Translations under genes and position numbers: made by a program | The notes under the pieces: model-generated | Told to the model about the DNA's origin: nothing | Databases searched by the model: none | Seen by the model: only the letters and a program-made list of their open reading frames with translations | Origin: a candidate division WOR-3 bacterium | GTDB taxonomy: Bacteria > Hydrothermota > Hydrothermia > Hydrothermales > JAJRUZ01 | Assembly (NCBI GenBank): GCA_024277525.1 | Contig: JAJRUZ010000021.1 | Location: 6,480 to 70,479 of the forward strand | DNA: 64,000 bases | Reading direction: 5' to 3' | Part shown: piece after piece, positions 1-10,272 of the stretch | Layout of the letters: every line of letters starts with the position of its first letter | Numbering within the stretch: the first letter of the stretch is position 1

Positions 1-923
1 CAACAATAAACAGATTTTGTGCCTCAGGACTCGAAGCAGTTGCCTTAGGTGCCTTAAAAATTACAGCAGGTATTGCGGAATGTGTTATAGCAGGAGGAGT
101 TGAAAGTATGTCAAGAATTCCGATGGGTGGTTTTAAAATGTCTCCGAATCCTTATCTTATGGAAAAATATCCTGAAGTTTATTTAGGAATGGGACTTACA
201 GCAGAAAAAGTTGCAGAAAAATATAATATTACAAGAGAAGAACAAGACAGATTTGCTTATGAAAGTCATATGAAAGCATGGAAGGCAATACAGGAAGGAA
301 AATTCAAAAATGAAATAGTGCCTGTAAAAACGAAAGTGATAAGACATGAAAACGGGAAACAAAAAATAGAGGATATAACCCTTGAGATTGATGAAGGAGT
401 GAGACCGGATACATCAATAGAAAAACTTTCGGAATTAAAACCCGTTTTTAAGGAAAACGGGACGGTAACAGCAGGTAATTCGTCACAGATGACGGACGGT
501 GCAGCAGCGGTGATTTTGATGTCAGAAGAGAAGGCAAAAGCACTCGGGTTAGAGCCTCTTTTAATATTCAGAACATATAAAGTTACAGGAGTTCCGCCGG
601 AGATAATGGGAATAGGACCCGTCAAGGCAATACCCGAAGCATTTAAATCAATAGGGTTGAGAAAAGAGGATATAGGTCTTATTGAACTTAATGAAGCATT
701 TGCTGCTCAATCCCTTGCCGTTATAAAAGAACTTGAATTAGACCCTCAAATAATAAATGTAAACGGAGGGGCAATTGCATTAGGTCACCCCTTAGGGTGT
801 ACCGGGGCAAAATTAACGGTAACCCTTTTAAATGAAATGAGAAGAAGAAAAGTGCAGTTCGGTATGGTAACAATGTGCATAGGCGGGGGAATGGGAGCAG
901 CAGGAATATTTGAATTACCTTGA
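1..923 (+). CDS. Acetyl-CoA C-acetyltransferase / 3-ketoacyl-CoA thiolase, C-terminal part (5' end lies outside the window; reading frame begins at nt 3)
   Basis: Translation from nt 3 gives ...[15 protein letters not shown]...AGGVESMS..., followed by the thiolase C-terminal motifs [20 protein letters not shown] and [13 protein letters not shown]. Stop TGA at 921-923. Confidence 0.9.
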   Translation, partial: TINRFCASGLEAVALGALKITAGIAECVIAGGVESMSRIPMGGFKMSPNPYLMEKYPEVYLGMGLTAEKVAEKYNITREEQDRFAYESHMKAWKAIQEGKFKNEIVPVKTKVIRHENGKQKIEDITLEIDEGVRPDTSIEKLSELKPVFKENGTVTAGNSSQMTDGAAAVILMSEEKAKALGLEPLLIFRTYKVTGVPPEIMGIGPVKAIPEAFKSIGLRKEDIGLIELNEAFAAQSLAVIKELELDPQIINVNGGAIALGHPLGCTGAKLTVTLLNEMRRRKVQFGMVTMCIGGGMGAAGIFELP

Positions 924-2721
924 AAATGAAAGTATAATTAAACTTATGGAAGAAAAAATATATAAAAAGGGCGGTGGTTTTCTGATAGAAGATGCTCCAC
1001 CCGAGGATGTCTTTACTCCTGAGGATTTTACGGAAGAGCATAAAATGATTGCCAAGACAGCAGAGGATTTTGTAACAAAAGAAGTGCTCCCTAAGTCTGA
1101 TGAAATAGAAAAGCAAAATTTTGATATCCAAAGGGAACTTATGAAAAAAGCGGGGGAACTCGGTCTTCTCGGTGCGGATGTTCCTGAAAAATACGGAGGA
1201 ATGGGACTTGATAAAGTTTCTTCAATGTTAATATCGGAAAAGATGATTGCACAAGGCTCTTTCGGTGTTACATGGGGAACACACACAGGAATCGGAACAC
1301 TTCCGATTGTTTTTTTCGGTAATGAAGAACAGAAGAAAAAATATCTCCCGAAACTTGCTTCAGGAGAGTATATAGGCGCATACGCTTTAACAGAACCACA
1401 GGCAGGGTCTGATGCAATGAATATCCAGACAAAGGCGGTTCTTGAAGGAGAATACTTTATACTCAATGGTTCAAAACAATTTATCACAAATGCAGGCTTT
1501 GCGGACTTATTTACTGTTTTTGCAAAGGTCGACGGAGATAAATTTTCTGCATTTCTCGTTGAAAGAGGAACACAGGGACTTATCATAGGAAAAGAAGAAC
1601 ACAAACTGGGAATAAGGGGATCTTCCACATGTTCTTTAACTTTTGATAATATGAAAATTCCTAAGGAAAATCTGCTTTATGAAATAGGTAAAGGGCACAG
1701 GATTGCTTTTAACATCCTTAATATAGGTAGGTATAAACTTGGTGTAGGAACAATCGGGGCAGGAAAGGGAACTTTAAGGGATGCCGTAAGATATGCAAAA
1801 GAAAGAGTTCAGTTCGGAAGAAAAATCGCAGAATTCGGGCTCATAAAAGAAAAAATTGCAAAAATGGTATCAAAAATCTATATGGGAGAAAGTATGGCTT
1901 ACAGGTTGGCAGGACTTCTTGATGAAAATTTACTTGAACTTGACCCCGAATCTCAGGATTATCCTGCAAAGGTAATGGAAAGAATAGCAGAATATGCTGT
2001 TGAGTGTTCCATATTAAAAGTTTACGGCTCGGAGACACTCGATTTTATAGTTGATGAAACAGTGCAAGTTTACGGAGGATACGGATTTACCGAAGAATAC
2101 CCTGTAGAAAGATATTACAGGGATTCAAGAATCAATAGATTATTCGAGGGAACAAATGAGATAAACAGGCTCGTAATCACCGGAATGCTCATGAAAAGAG
2201 CAATTGAAGGTAAATTGCCCCTTTTGAAAGAAATAGATAAAGTATCAAAAGAATTTCTCACCTTCAGTCCTGTTTCACTTAAAGTGCCTAATGATCCTGT
2301 AGATGTTTCAAAACTACTCTTAAATATGGGTAAAAAAATATTACTTCTCACAGCAGGAATTTCTGCACAGACATATAAGGAATCATTAAGGGAAGAACAG
2401 GAGGTTCTGGCATCATTATCCGATATGATAACCGAAATATATGCATTTGAAAGCGGAATTTTAAGATATGAGAAGATGAGAAAGAAAGGAAAGGATTCCG
2501 AAATCATGCGTTTAATAATCCAATACTATGCTTATGATTTTCTGATGAAAATTGATTCACTTTCAAAAAAAATTATTACAAATACGAAAAAGGGAGACGA
2601 GCTTAAACTCTTACTGATGGGCTTGAGAAAATTTACAAAATGGTATATTCCACCTGATTTGATTTCAATCGGTAGAAAAATAGCAGATTATACCATAGAA
2701 AGAGAAGCATATCCGGTTTAA
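910..2721 (+). CDS. Acyl-CoA dehydrogenase (long form, FadE-like with C-terminal extension)
   Basis: 603-aa ORF. ACAD motifs: [60 protein letters not shown]. Overlaps the thiolase stop by 14 nt, consistent with a beta-oxidation operon. Confidence 0.85.
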   Translation: MNYLENESIIKLMEEKIYKKGGGFLIEDAPPEDVFTPEDFTEEHKMIAKTAEDFVTKEVLPKSDEIEKQNFDIQRELMKKAGELGLLGADVPEKYGGMGLDKVSSMLISEKMIAQGSFGVTWGTHTGIGTLPIVFFGNEEQKKKYLPKLASGEYIGAYALTEPQAGSDAMNIQTKAVLEGEYFILNGSKQFITNAGFADLFTVFAKVDGDKFSAFLVERGTQGLIIGKEEHKLGIRGSSTCSLTFDNMKIPKENLLYEIGKGHRIAFNILNIGRYKLGVGTIGAGKGTLRDAVRYAKERVQFGRKIAEFGLIKEKIAKMVSKIYMGESMAYRLAGLLDENLLELDPESQDYPAKVMERIAEYAVECSILKVYGSETLDFIVDETVQVYGGYGFTEEYPVERYYRDSRINRLFEGTNEINRLVITGMLMKRAIEGKLPLLKEIDKVSKEFLTFSPVSLKVPNDPVDVSKLLLNMGKKILLLTAGISAQTYKESLREEQEVLASLSDMITEIYAFESGILRYEKMRKKGKDSEIMRLIIQYYAYDFLMKIDSLSKKIITNTKKGDELKLLLMGLRKFTKWYIPPDLISIGRKIADYTIEREAYPV

Positions 2722-2806
2722 ATAGAACAGAATTTATGAAATAAATCGGGACATTACGGTTCTTTTATTTGTATCTCTTTGAGTTGTAATAAGGGTTTAC
2801 TAAGTG

Positions 2807-3676
2807 CTAAAAAAAAACTTTTAATATATCTTCAGGAGCAATGGTTTCGGTGCACTTATATTTTTCTTTGTTAATGCATTTTGTTTTTAAAAATTTATAA
2901 CACGGAGCACAGGAAATAACGGGCTTAACAGGGATAAATTTTCCCAAAGGTTCATTTTTTTGAAAATCAGTCGATGTATAAATAATTATCCCTTTTAATC
3001 CCCTCCAACTTGCAAGGTGAGAAATACCGGAGTCATTCCCGATAAAAAATATGCTTTTGTCAATAATTGAAATAAGGTCTTTTAAATTTTTTGGAAAAAT
3101 AATTTTTAATTTTTTTTCTTCAAATAATGTCTTTAATTCCCTTTCTTCGGGTCCCAATATTACTCTTACTTCAAAATCCTTTTTTAAACATTCTCCTATT
3201 TCCGGAAAAAATTTCCATCTTTTAAAATACTTAAATTTTTTTGAACTTCCGGGAAATAAAAGCAAAGGTCCTTTTTTATTTTTTATTTCCTTCGGTTTCC
3301 ATAAAAAAGGATTCTTCAAAATCGGCTTCACAAGTTCCAAATTTCCTATTTTTTCTTTTTTTACAAAAGGAACTTTTATATTATAAATTTTTAGATAATC
3401 TTTCCCTTTCAATCCTATTCTTATTTTTGATTTCAAAAATAAATAAATAAAAGGGTGTTTTTTATAAGGAGCATAAAGATTATGAGTTGAAGCGAAGACT
3501 TTTTTATTTTTTAAACTTCTCATTAATTTGAAAAAATTTTCCTGAAATTCTGTTTCAATTTTAAGACCCGAAATTTTCAGAAACTCTTCCTGCAGTTTAT
3601 TTAATACAAATACTTTTAATTTAAATTCCTTTGAAAGATTGTAAAGTGCAGGATACGAAAGAATTGCATTCCCCAA
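2807..3676 (-). CDS. Glycosyltransferase family 9 (ADP-heptose:LPS heptosyltransferase-like)
   Basis: 289 aa. GT9 signature IGNDSGISHLASW and LLLFPGSSKKFKYFKRWKFFPE resemble WaaC/WaaF consensus. Stop TAG. Confidence 0.75.
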   Translation of the reverse strand: MGNAILSYPALYNLSKEFKLKVFVLNKLQEEFLKISGLKIETEFQENFFKLMRSLKNKKVFASTHNLYAPYKKHPFIYLFLKSKIRIGLKGKDYLKIYNIKVPFVKKEKIGNLELVKPILKNPFLWKPKEIKNKKGPLLLFPGSSKKFKYFKRWKFFPEIGECLKKDFEVRVILGPEERELKTLFEEKKLKIIFPKNLKDLISIIDKSIFFIGNDSGISHLASWRGLKGIIIYTSTDFQKNEPLGKFIPVKPVISCAPCYKFLKTKCINKEKYKCTETIAPEDILKVFF

Positions 3677-3701
3677 TCCTCCGTAAAGAAAATAATAAAC
3701 C

Positions 3702-5069
3702 TCAAAGGATCTTATATCTTGTCCCCTGTTTTGTATCCAGAAGCTCTATCCCGAAATTTTTTAATCTTTCCCTTATCTTATCTGATATATCATATCTTTT
3801 CTCCTCTCTTAATCTTTGTCTGACTTCTATTATGAGTTCAATCAAATTTCTTACAATTCCTTTATCAAATTTTTCTTCTTTAACTTCAAAGCCCAGAATT
3901 TTAAGTAAGAACAAAATTGCATTTTTTGTTTCATAAAATTTATCGTTTCCTTCTTCATAATACCTGTTTCCGATTCTTACGAGTTCATGAATTACCGAAA
4001 AAGCAAGGGGTGTGTTCAAATCTTCATCCATTGCATTTTCAAATTTTTTTATTAAACTTTTAATCTCATCGGAGAATCCTTCAATTTTCCTTTCTTCTCC
4101 TTTCTCAATAATATCTTTTATTCTTGCAAAGGTTCTTTTTGCTTCTTCAAGTGAGTTTTCATCATATTCAAGAGGGGACCTGTAATGGGCTTTTAATAAA
4201 AAATACCTTATCACATTCGGTGAATATCTTTGAAGGGCATCTTTTGCTTTAAAGACAATTCCTGTTGATTTACTCATCTTTTCCCCTTTCATTCTCATAA
4301 GACCTGCGTGGAACCAGTATTTTGCAAATTCTTTGCCGGTTGCTCCTTCACTCTGTGCAATTTCATTTTCATGGTGGGGGAAAATCAAATCCTGTCCTCC
4401 TCCGTGAATATCAATTGTCTCTCCCAGATGTTTCATGCTCATTGCAGAACATTCAATATGCCAACCCGGTCTTCCTTCACCGAAAGGTGAATAAAAAAAA
4501 GGTTATCCTTCTTTCCTTTTCTTCCATAAGGAAAAATCCATCGGGTCCTTCTTTGTGGGATCGGGTTCAATTCTTGCTCCTTCTTCCAGCTCTTCAAGGG
4601 ATTTTCCTGAAAGTTTTCCGTAATCTTCAAATTCCGAAACATCATACCATATATTTCCGCCTGATTCATAAGCAAGTCCTTTTTCAAGAAGTTTTTTTAT
4701 TATATCCGATATTTCCGAAATGTGCTGGGTTGCTCTCGGATATAAATCTGCTTTTCTTAAATTCATCCTTTCACAAACTTCAAAAAATTCCTTCTCATAC
4801 CTTTCCGATATTTCCCTGAAATCCTTATTTTCTTTATTAGCCTTCTGAATTATTTTGTCATCAATATCTGTAATATTTAAAATAAATTTAACTTTATATC
4901 CTTTATATTCAAGATATCTTACAAGAATATCTGCTGCCAGGAAAGCCCTCAAATGTCCGAGATGAGGAGAATCCTGGACCGTCATACCGCAAAAATATAT
5001 TCTTACTTTACCTTCCTCAATCGGTTTGAATTCTTCAATTTTTTTTGTTAATGTATTATAAATTTTCAT
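3702..5069 (-). pseudogene. cysS: Cysteine--tRNA ligase (CysRS) interrupted by a single in-frame TAA at 4503..4505. The two track ORFs 4503..5069 and 3702..4442 are in the same frame. Either a pseudogene or a base-call error.
   Basis: N-terminal part has the HIGH motif (CGMTVQDSPHLGHLRAF) and NITDIDDKII. Downstream part has [32 protein letters not shown] and KMSKS. Translation across the junction reads [29 protein letters not shown], and the stop sits where E. coli CysRS has Glu (KEGEPSW). A poly-A run (8 A) lies just downstream at 4492-4499. Confidence 0.85.
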
Positions 5070-5191
5070 CTTTAATATTTAAGGTAAATGAGAGTTTTAT
5101 TTCAAGAATCTTTAGTTTTTGATTTGTATTATTAATGATTTTGAATTATAATTTAATGAGGTTCAATTCCTTTTAAAAAAACAGGTGTGCC

Positions 5192-7408
5192 ATGGTTTTC
5201 TTATTATTAATAAGTTTAATTGATTTTAAACCTAAAATTTTATGGAAAGGTTATGAGAAAGTGAGATATAAAGGTGAAAAGGCATACAAAAATCCTCTTG
5301 CTTTTCGATATATTGGACCCTATGGAGGAATTATATTCAAACCCATATCTTCTGACCCGAAAAAAGTTGTCGCAGTATCATTGATTGAATATCATAAATG
5401 TGAAAATATATTTACCGATTCTTTTAAAATTGTGATTCCTTACGGATATTCTTTTTATAAAATTTCGAATGGAATAGGAGTCATGTCCGGAGACAGTCAA
5501 TTTGTACTTGCAAGGAATGATACCTCATATTATTTCACATCGGATAACTTTTTGACAATTGACACCGTTTATATGAATGCTGAAATAGATTTTATCACAG
5601 GAAAGGATGACACGGTGTATATGATAGTTGGAGATTCTCTTTTGAAGTCTGTTGACGGAGGGGCGACTTTTAATTTTGTTTATGATTTTGAGAATTTCTT
5701 GGGACCGGGAGACTATTCCTATGTTATGGATGTAAATCCAGGCAATGCAAATGATATTTTTCTTTATATTTCTGATGGTTATTATGCATATTCTTTTGAC
5801 GGAGGAAACACGATAACCTTCGGATTTATGGATACTGTAAACGTCTTTTCTTTGAGGATTTCACATTTTGATTCGAATAATATTTATATGACAACTGAAA
5901 GCGGTATAATAGTAACAAAAGACCGTGGAACTACCTGGGATACTCTTTGGCTAACTCCCTTTCCCGGTACTCCTGTATATCCCGGTTTTGCAATTGATGT
6001 TATTCCGTTATCAAGCGATACCTTTTTATTATCCTCTTTAATTCACAAGGGAATTTACAAAGCCTTTTACGATGCTTTTACCTCCATGTGGTTTTATTCA
6101 ATGGTGGATACAACATTTGTTCCTTTATTTTTTGAACCTGTTTATAAAAATGGTGTTCTCTCAGATACTTTCTATGTAGGTTCAAATGACGGAATTTATT
6201 ATACAACAAACAAAGGAAATACATGGAATCAGGTGAAAACAAAATTAAAAGCAGTGGTGATTCCGGGTCCCGGAGCAATATCTCTAAAGAAAGACACCGT
6301 GTTTTTAATCTCAGGGGGTGGAATTGTTTATAGAAGTTACGATTTACCCTCAGGTTTCACACAGCTGAATTTTAAAGGTAATTTAATCTTTTTTGGAAAT
6401 AATATGATTAAAAATGAAAGAACAAATCCCCTGAATTTGTATGTTGTGACACCTTATATGAGACTCCCGCTTACAGGGTTTGAATATAAAACCCTATGGT
6501 TTTCAAATGACGGAGGAAATACTTTTACATTAAAAGATACGAGCACAAACCTACTCACATTCTATGATATGTTTTACGGTTCAAACACCGATACCTTATT
6601 TTTGTGGAACTCGGACAGCATAGTAAGAACAGGGGATGGAGGATTAAGTTTTCAGATAATTTATAAAGATACTTCAAACATTGGTAAGGTTGAAGGAGAA
6701 GAAGACACAATTTTTATATTAAAAAATACCGGTGATACCCTTCTTATGAGTTATAACGGAGGAGATACATTTAATTTTGCGTCTGTTCTTTTGAATGGTC
6801 CGTATGATATTTACTGGGCTAAGGGAACACCTTATATATTTTATCCTGATACATTTTCTAATTTATGGTGTTATGACATAGTAAATAATATTTTCAGCAC
6901 TGTTTTTACTCCACCTACATCAAGTTCTGTTTTAATAAATGCTTATCCCTCGGAAGATGGTCTAATTTATGCCCTTTATCAGGATACTTTAACACAGGAG
7001 TATCTTATATATTATAAGCAAATACCTGCGGGGACACTTATGACTGCTTCTCTTCCGCCTGTGAATGAAATGTTTGTAGGACTCATACCTGCGAGAGGAG
7101 GGAAACTCCTTCTCTATTCCTTAGGACGCGGATTCTATTTTACCACGGTCACGGATATAAAAGAATCATATTCTTTAAGAAAAAATTCGGACATTTCCCT
7201 TGCCGGGTCTTTTGTAAAAGATAAAGTTGTTTTTCTTACGAACTTAAAAGCAAACAGGAAAGTCTCTATTTTCAATATTGCGGGAAGAAAAGTCTTAAGC
7301 AAATCACTTTTTATTAAAAACAAGGCACAAATTGATATAAGTTCCCTTTCAAAAGGCACATATTATATCAAAGTTGAAAATAGGTTCTTGAAATTTGTAA
7401 AATTTTAA
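5192..7408 (+). CDS. Secreted BNR/Asp-box repeat protein with T9SS (Por) C-terminal sorting domain
   Basis: 738 aa. At least 8 S-x-D-x-G-x-T-W/F type repeats (SVDGGATF, SFDGGNTITF, TKDRGTTWDT, TTNKGNTWNQ, SNDGGNTF, TGDGGLSF, SYNGGDTF). The C-terminal ~80 aa (VSIFNIAGRKV...KGTYYIKVENRFLKFVKF) matches the type IX secretion C-terminal-domain pattern. Hydrophobic N-terminus. Confidence 0.7.
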   Translation: MVFLLLISLIDFKPKILWKGYEKVRYKGEKAYKNPLAFRYIGPYGGIIFKPISSDPKKVVAVSLIEYHKCENIFTDSFKIVIPYGYSFYKISNGIGVMSGDSQFVLARNDTSYYFTSDNFLTIDTVYMNAEIDFITGKDDTVYMIVGDSLLKSVDGGATFNFVYDFENFLGPGDYSYVMDVNPGNANDIFLYISDGYYAYSFDGGNTITFGFMDTVNVFSLRISHFDSNNIYMTTESGIIVTKDRGTTWDTLWLTPFPGTPVYPGFAIDVIPLSSDTFLLSSLIHKGIYKAFYDAFTSMWFYSMVDTTFVPLFFEPVYKNGVLSDTFYVGSNDGIYYTTNKGNTWNQVKTKLKAVVIPGPGAISLKKDTVFLISGGGIVYRSYDLPSGFTQLNFKGNLIFFGNNMIKNERTNPLNLYVVTPYMRLPLTGFEYKTLWFSNDGGNTFTLKDTSTNLLTFYDMFYGSNTDTLFLWNSDSIVRTGDGGLSFQIIYKDTSNIGKVEGEEDTIFILKNTGDTLLMSYNGGDTFNFASVLLNGPYDIYWAKGTPYIFYPDTFSNLWCYDIVNNIFSTVFTPPTSSSVLINAYPSEDGLIYALYQDTLTQEYLIYYKQIPAGTLMTASLPPVNEMFVGLIPARGGKLLLYSLGRGFYFTTVTDIKESYSLRKNSDISLAGSFVKDKVVFLTNLKANRKVSIFNIAGRKVLSKSLFIKNKAQIDISSLSKGTYYIKVENRFLKFVKF

Positions 7409-7427
7409 GATAAAATTAAAAAATGAT

Positions 7428-7501
7428 GGCCCCGTAGCTCAGGTGGTTAGAGCGTACGCCTGATAAGCGTAAGGTCGGTGGTTCGAGTCCACCCGGGGCC
7501 A
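7428..7501 (+). tRNA. tRNA-Ile (anticodon GAU)
   Basis: Cloverleaf readable by eye: acceptor GGCCCCG/CGGGGCC plus discriminator A; D-arm GCTC-AGGTGGTTA-GAGC; anticodon stem TACGC/GCGTA with loop CTGATAA (anticodon GAT); T-arm GGTGG-TTCGAGT-CCACC. No encoded CCA. Confidence 0.85.
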
Positions 7502-7523
7502 TCTCAATTTTTTAGGAGGTAAT

Positions 7524-8663
7524 ATGAGAAAAATAATAGCAGTTCTGGTAGTAACAGGAGGAGTCTTATTTGCAACAGAAACAAGGGTAAGCACATTCGG
7601 AGGTGTGGCTGATTTTATGAAAGATGATGTTCTTGCACTTACTTATCCTGCTCAAATATTGAACTTCCCGAGTTTGTTAGTTCTTGAAGCAGGAGACGAA
7701 GCCACACTTATAAACGGTGACGCATATCTTAAAGGCTATTTCGGACTCGGTGAAAATCATTCTATGGGGGTATGGGGAACCTACCTTAATATTCCTGTTT
7801 ATACTTATCCTTACAGAACAATAAAAGGGCTTATGCTTTCTTATGCAAAATATTTCGGAGAAAGTTTCGGCTTTGGATTAAACATGGGATTCGGAATGTA
7901 CAACAGTACGGTCGAAGACACATCAGGCGGAGGATTTAAAAATAAAGAAAGTGCATCAAACTTTATGTTAAATCCGGGCTTGACTTTTTATCTCTCTGAA
8001 ACAGATTTTATAGACATCGGTTTCAAATTTAACATGCATACTTTTGATGTAAAAGCCGAATTCCCCCCTGATACAACAAAAGCAAAAGGAACAAGTGATA
8101 TTTCTTTTGATGCAAGATACTGGAAGGGTATTTCGGAATACACATCAATGGTTGTGGGGCTTCATTTTCTAACATCGGATAACTCATTTGAAAGTATCAT
8201 GGGCGGAGATAAAATTGAGACAATAGATAAACTATCAACTTTTTTATTAAATTTCGGTATAAACACCCAACCTATTGATATATTGAATTTGATACTCGGA
8301 CTTTCCTTGTCAAGCTATTCCCGGGATTACGGAGAGGAAGGAAAAGTGAGTAGTTTAAGCCTTGCAGGTGTTGTTGGAATTGAGGCGGAGATCGGAAGAT
8401 GGTTAATTTTGCGACTTGCAGCAAGAAAAGATATATGGGCAAGTTTCAGCGATAAATACTATTCAGACCCTTATCAGGAAGCCACGGAATCGTCACAAGA
8501 TCTACTCCCTCTTGTACTGGGCTTTGCATATAAAAGGGGCAACTTCAGAATTGACGGTGCTGCTTCACCAGATATTTTCTATAACGGTCCTTACTTTATC
8601 ACCGGACAACAAAGTACCCTATTTTATTCGTTAAGTTTAATTTATTCTTTCGCCAGTTTTTAA
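7524..8663 (+). CDS. Hypothetical outer-membrane protein (signal peptide, probable beta-barrel, C-terminal ...SFASF)
   Basis: 379 aa. N-terminal signal peptide MRKIIAVLVVTGGVLFA. Alternating amphipathic Gly/Tyr/Ser/Thr-rich strands. Terminal Phe typical of OMPs. No recognisable enzymatic motif. Confidence 0.45.
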   Translation: MRKIIAVLVVTGGVLFATETRVSTFGGVADFMKDDVLALTYPAQILNFPSLLVLEAGDEATLINGDAYLKGYFGLGENHSMGVWGTYLNIPVYTYPYRTIKGLMLSYAKYFGESFGFGLNMGFGMYNSTVEDTSGGGFKNKESASNFMLNPGLTFYLSETDFIDIGFKFNMHTFDVKAEFPPDTTKAKGTSDISFDARYWKGISEYTSMVVGLHFLTSDNSFESIMGGDKIETIDKLSTFLLNFGINTQPIDILNLILGLSLSSYSRDYGEEGKVSSLSLAGVVGIEAEIGRWLILRLAARKDIWASFSDKYYSDPYQEATESSQDLLPLVLGFAYKRGNFRIDGAASPDIFYNGPYFITGQQSTLFYSLSLIYSFASF

Positions 8664-8689
8664 AAAACAAGGAAGGACATAAAGATTAA

Positions 8690-8722
8690 TTTAGGGAGGG
8701 TAAAAAATCCCTCCCTTTTTAT
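8690..8722 (+). terminator. Rho-independent terminator after the OMP gene
   Basis: GGGAGGG-taaaaaat-CCCTCCC perfect 7-bp stem followed by TTTTTATTTT. Confidence 0.55.
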
Positions 8723-8737
8723 TTTCAAAAAGGAGGT

Positions 8738-9298
8738 TTGAAATTGGGAATTAAAAATGATAAATGGATTAGAGAGATGGCTTTAAAACACAGAATGATT
8801 GAACCTTTTTCCGAAAACTTAGTCACAAAAGGTGTGATTTCTTTCGGTGTTTCCTCTTATGGATATGATATCAGAATTGCAGATGAATTTAAAATTTTTA
8901 CGGATGTATATTCCACAATTGTGGACCCCAAAAACTTTGACCCCAAATCATTTGTAAATTTCAAAGGAAAAGAATGTGTTATCCCCCCTAATTCATTTGC
9001 CTTGGGAAGGAGTGTTGAATACTTCAGGATACCCAGAAATGTTCTCGGAATATGTATCGGTAAATCAACTTATGCACGATGTGGAATTGTAATAAATATA
9101 ACACCCCTTGAACCTGAATGGGAAGGGTATATAACGATTGAAATATCAAACACGACCCCACTTCCTGCAAAAATTTATTCAAACGAAGGAATAGCACAGG
9201 TAATATTTATTGAAGGAGACGAGATTTGTGAAATATCCTATAAAGACAGAAAAGGGAAATATCAGGCACAAAAAGGAATTATGTTACCGAAAATTTGA
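8738..9298 (+). CDS. dcd: dCTP deaminase (dCTP deaminase/dUTPase family)
   Basis: 186 aa, TTG start 1 nt after AGGAGG. Motifs [13 protein letters not shown] and C-terminal KGKYQAQKG typical of Dcd. Size matches. Confidence 0.8.
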   Translation: MKLGIKNDKWIREMALKHRMIEPFSENLVTKGVISFGVSSYGYDIRIADEFKIFTDVYSTIVDPKNFDPKSFVNFKGKECVIPPNSFALGRSVEYFRIPRNVLGICIGKSTYARCGIVINITPLEPEWEGYITIEISNTTPLPAKIYSNEGIAQVIFIEGDEICEISYKDRKGKYQAQKGIMLPKI

Positions 9299-10272
9299 AC
9301 TTCTTATATTTTTTAATTTTCTTTACAACTTTAAATAAAGAAAAAGAAATTATATTAAAAGAATTAAATTATTTGTGGAGAGAAGATTACAAAAATGCAA
9401 TACTTGTTGAAAGGGAAATTTTTAAAAGATTAAAAGACCATCCCCTTCCTTATGTATTACGGACCATAAGATATTTTGAAATAATGTGCGATTTTTCCGA
9501 ACCTGACTCCGAAAATAAATTTATGGAAAGCATAGAGAAAGGTATCAGATTATGCGATTATAAATTAAAAAAAAGATTGAATAAAGAAGAAAAAAATGAA
9601 ATTCTTTTTTTAAAAGGGACACTTATTGCATATTCCGCGATGTTTGAAGGTTTAAAAGAGAATTATTTAACCGCTCTTTCAAAGGGTTGGAAGGCATATA
9701 ACATGATTAAGAAATTTAAAAATTATCCCGACTCTTATCTTGCGCTCGGAATATACGATTACGGAGCAAGTGTTTTACAGAAATATATAGGAGAAATTTT
9801 TATAAGGGGAAACAGAAAAGAAAAAGGATTAAGGGAATTAAAATTTGCTGCTGAGAAAGGTATTTTTATGAAGCCTTTATCCATGGATGCTTTAATTGAG
9901 GTTCTTTTGAGGGAAAAGAAGCATGACGAAGCTATTGAATGGGCGGAGAAATTTTATGAAGAATACGGGGAATTGAGGAGAACACTTTTCACACTCGGTA
10001 GTGCTTACAGAAAATCAGGGTATTGGGAAAAAGCACTCAAAGTTTACAGGAGACTTTTAAGCAAAATTAATGACCAGGGTTCCAATTATAACAAGGGGAT
10101 TGTAAGGCTTTACATAGCAGAGGCACTTTATGTATTGAATCGGAACAAGAAAAGAGCAAAGAGATACCTTAGGGAAGCGGAAAGTCTTATAATCAAAAGC
10201 AGGTGGTATAGAAAAGATAGGGTTTTAAATTTTATAAAAATTTTGAAAAAGCAGGAGTTTTTTAAAGATTAA
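9295..10272 (+). CDS. Hypothetical protein, helical/TPR-like
   Basis: 325-aa ORF whose start overlaps the dcd stop (ATGA). Alpha-helical, Lys/Glu-rich, with TPR-like periodicity ([29 protein letters not shown]). No catalytic motif recognised. Confidence 0.45.
   Translation: MNFLYFLIFFTTLNKEKEIILKELNYLWREDYKNAILVEREIFKRLKDHPLPYVLRTIRYFEIMCDFSEPDSENKFMESIEKGIRLCDYKLKKRLNKEEKNEILFLKGTLIAYSAMFEGLKENYLTALSKGWKAYNMIKKFKNYPDSYLALGIYDYGASVLQKYIGEIFIRGNRKEKGLRELKFAAEKGIFMKPLSMDALIEVLLREKKHDEAIEWAEKFYEEYGELRRTLFTLGSAYRKSGYWEKALKVYRRLLSKINDQGSNYNKGIVRLYIAEALYVLNRNKKRAKRYLREAESLIIKSRWYRKDRVLNFIKILKKQEFFKD

Noticed and set aside
266-1628. Antisense ORFs 266..625(-) and 915..1628(-), and similar track ORFs 3051..3386, 25859..26170, 39367..39765, 45684..46070 and 49913..50314
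   Set aside because: All are embedded antisense to strongly supported, motif-bearing genes, have low-complexity Ser/Phe/Leu-rich translations typical of AT-rich antisense frames, and lack RBSs. Treated as spurious.
4439-4819. Track ORFs 4439..4687(-) and 4322..4819(+) overlapping the cysS junction, as alternative genes
   Set aside because: Both are off-frame relative to the clearly conserved CysRS reading frame and contain no motifs. Spurious.
7409-7523. tRNA-Ile as a possible integration hotspot or genomic-island boundary
   Set aside because: No integrase, direct repeat of the tRNA 3' end, or compositional shift is visible on either side. Flanking genes look like core genes.
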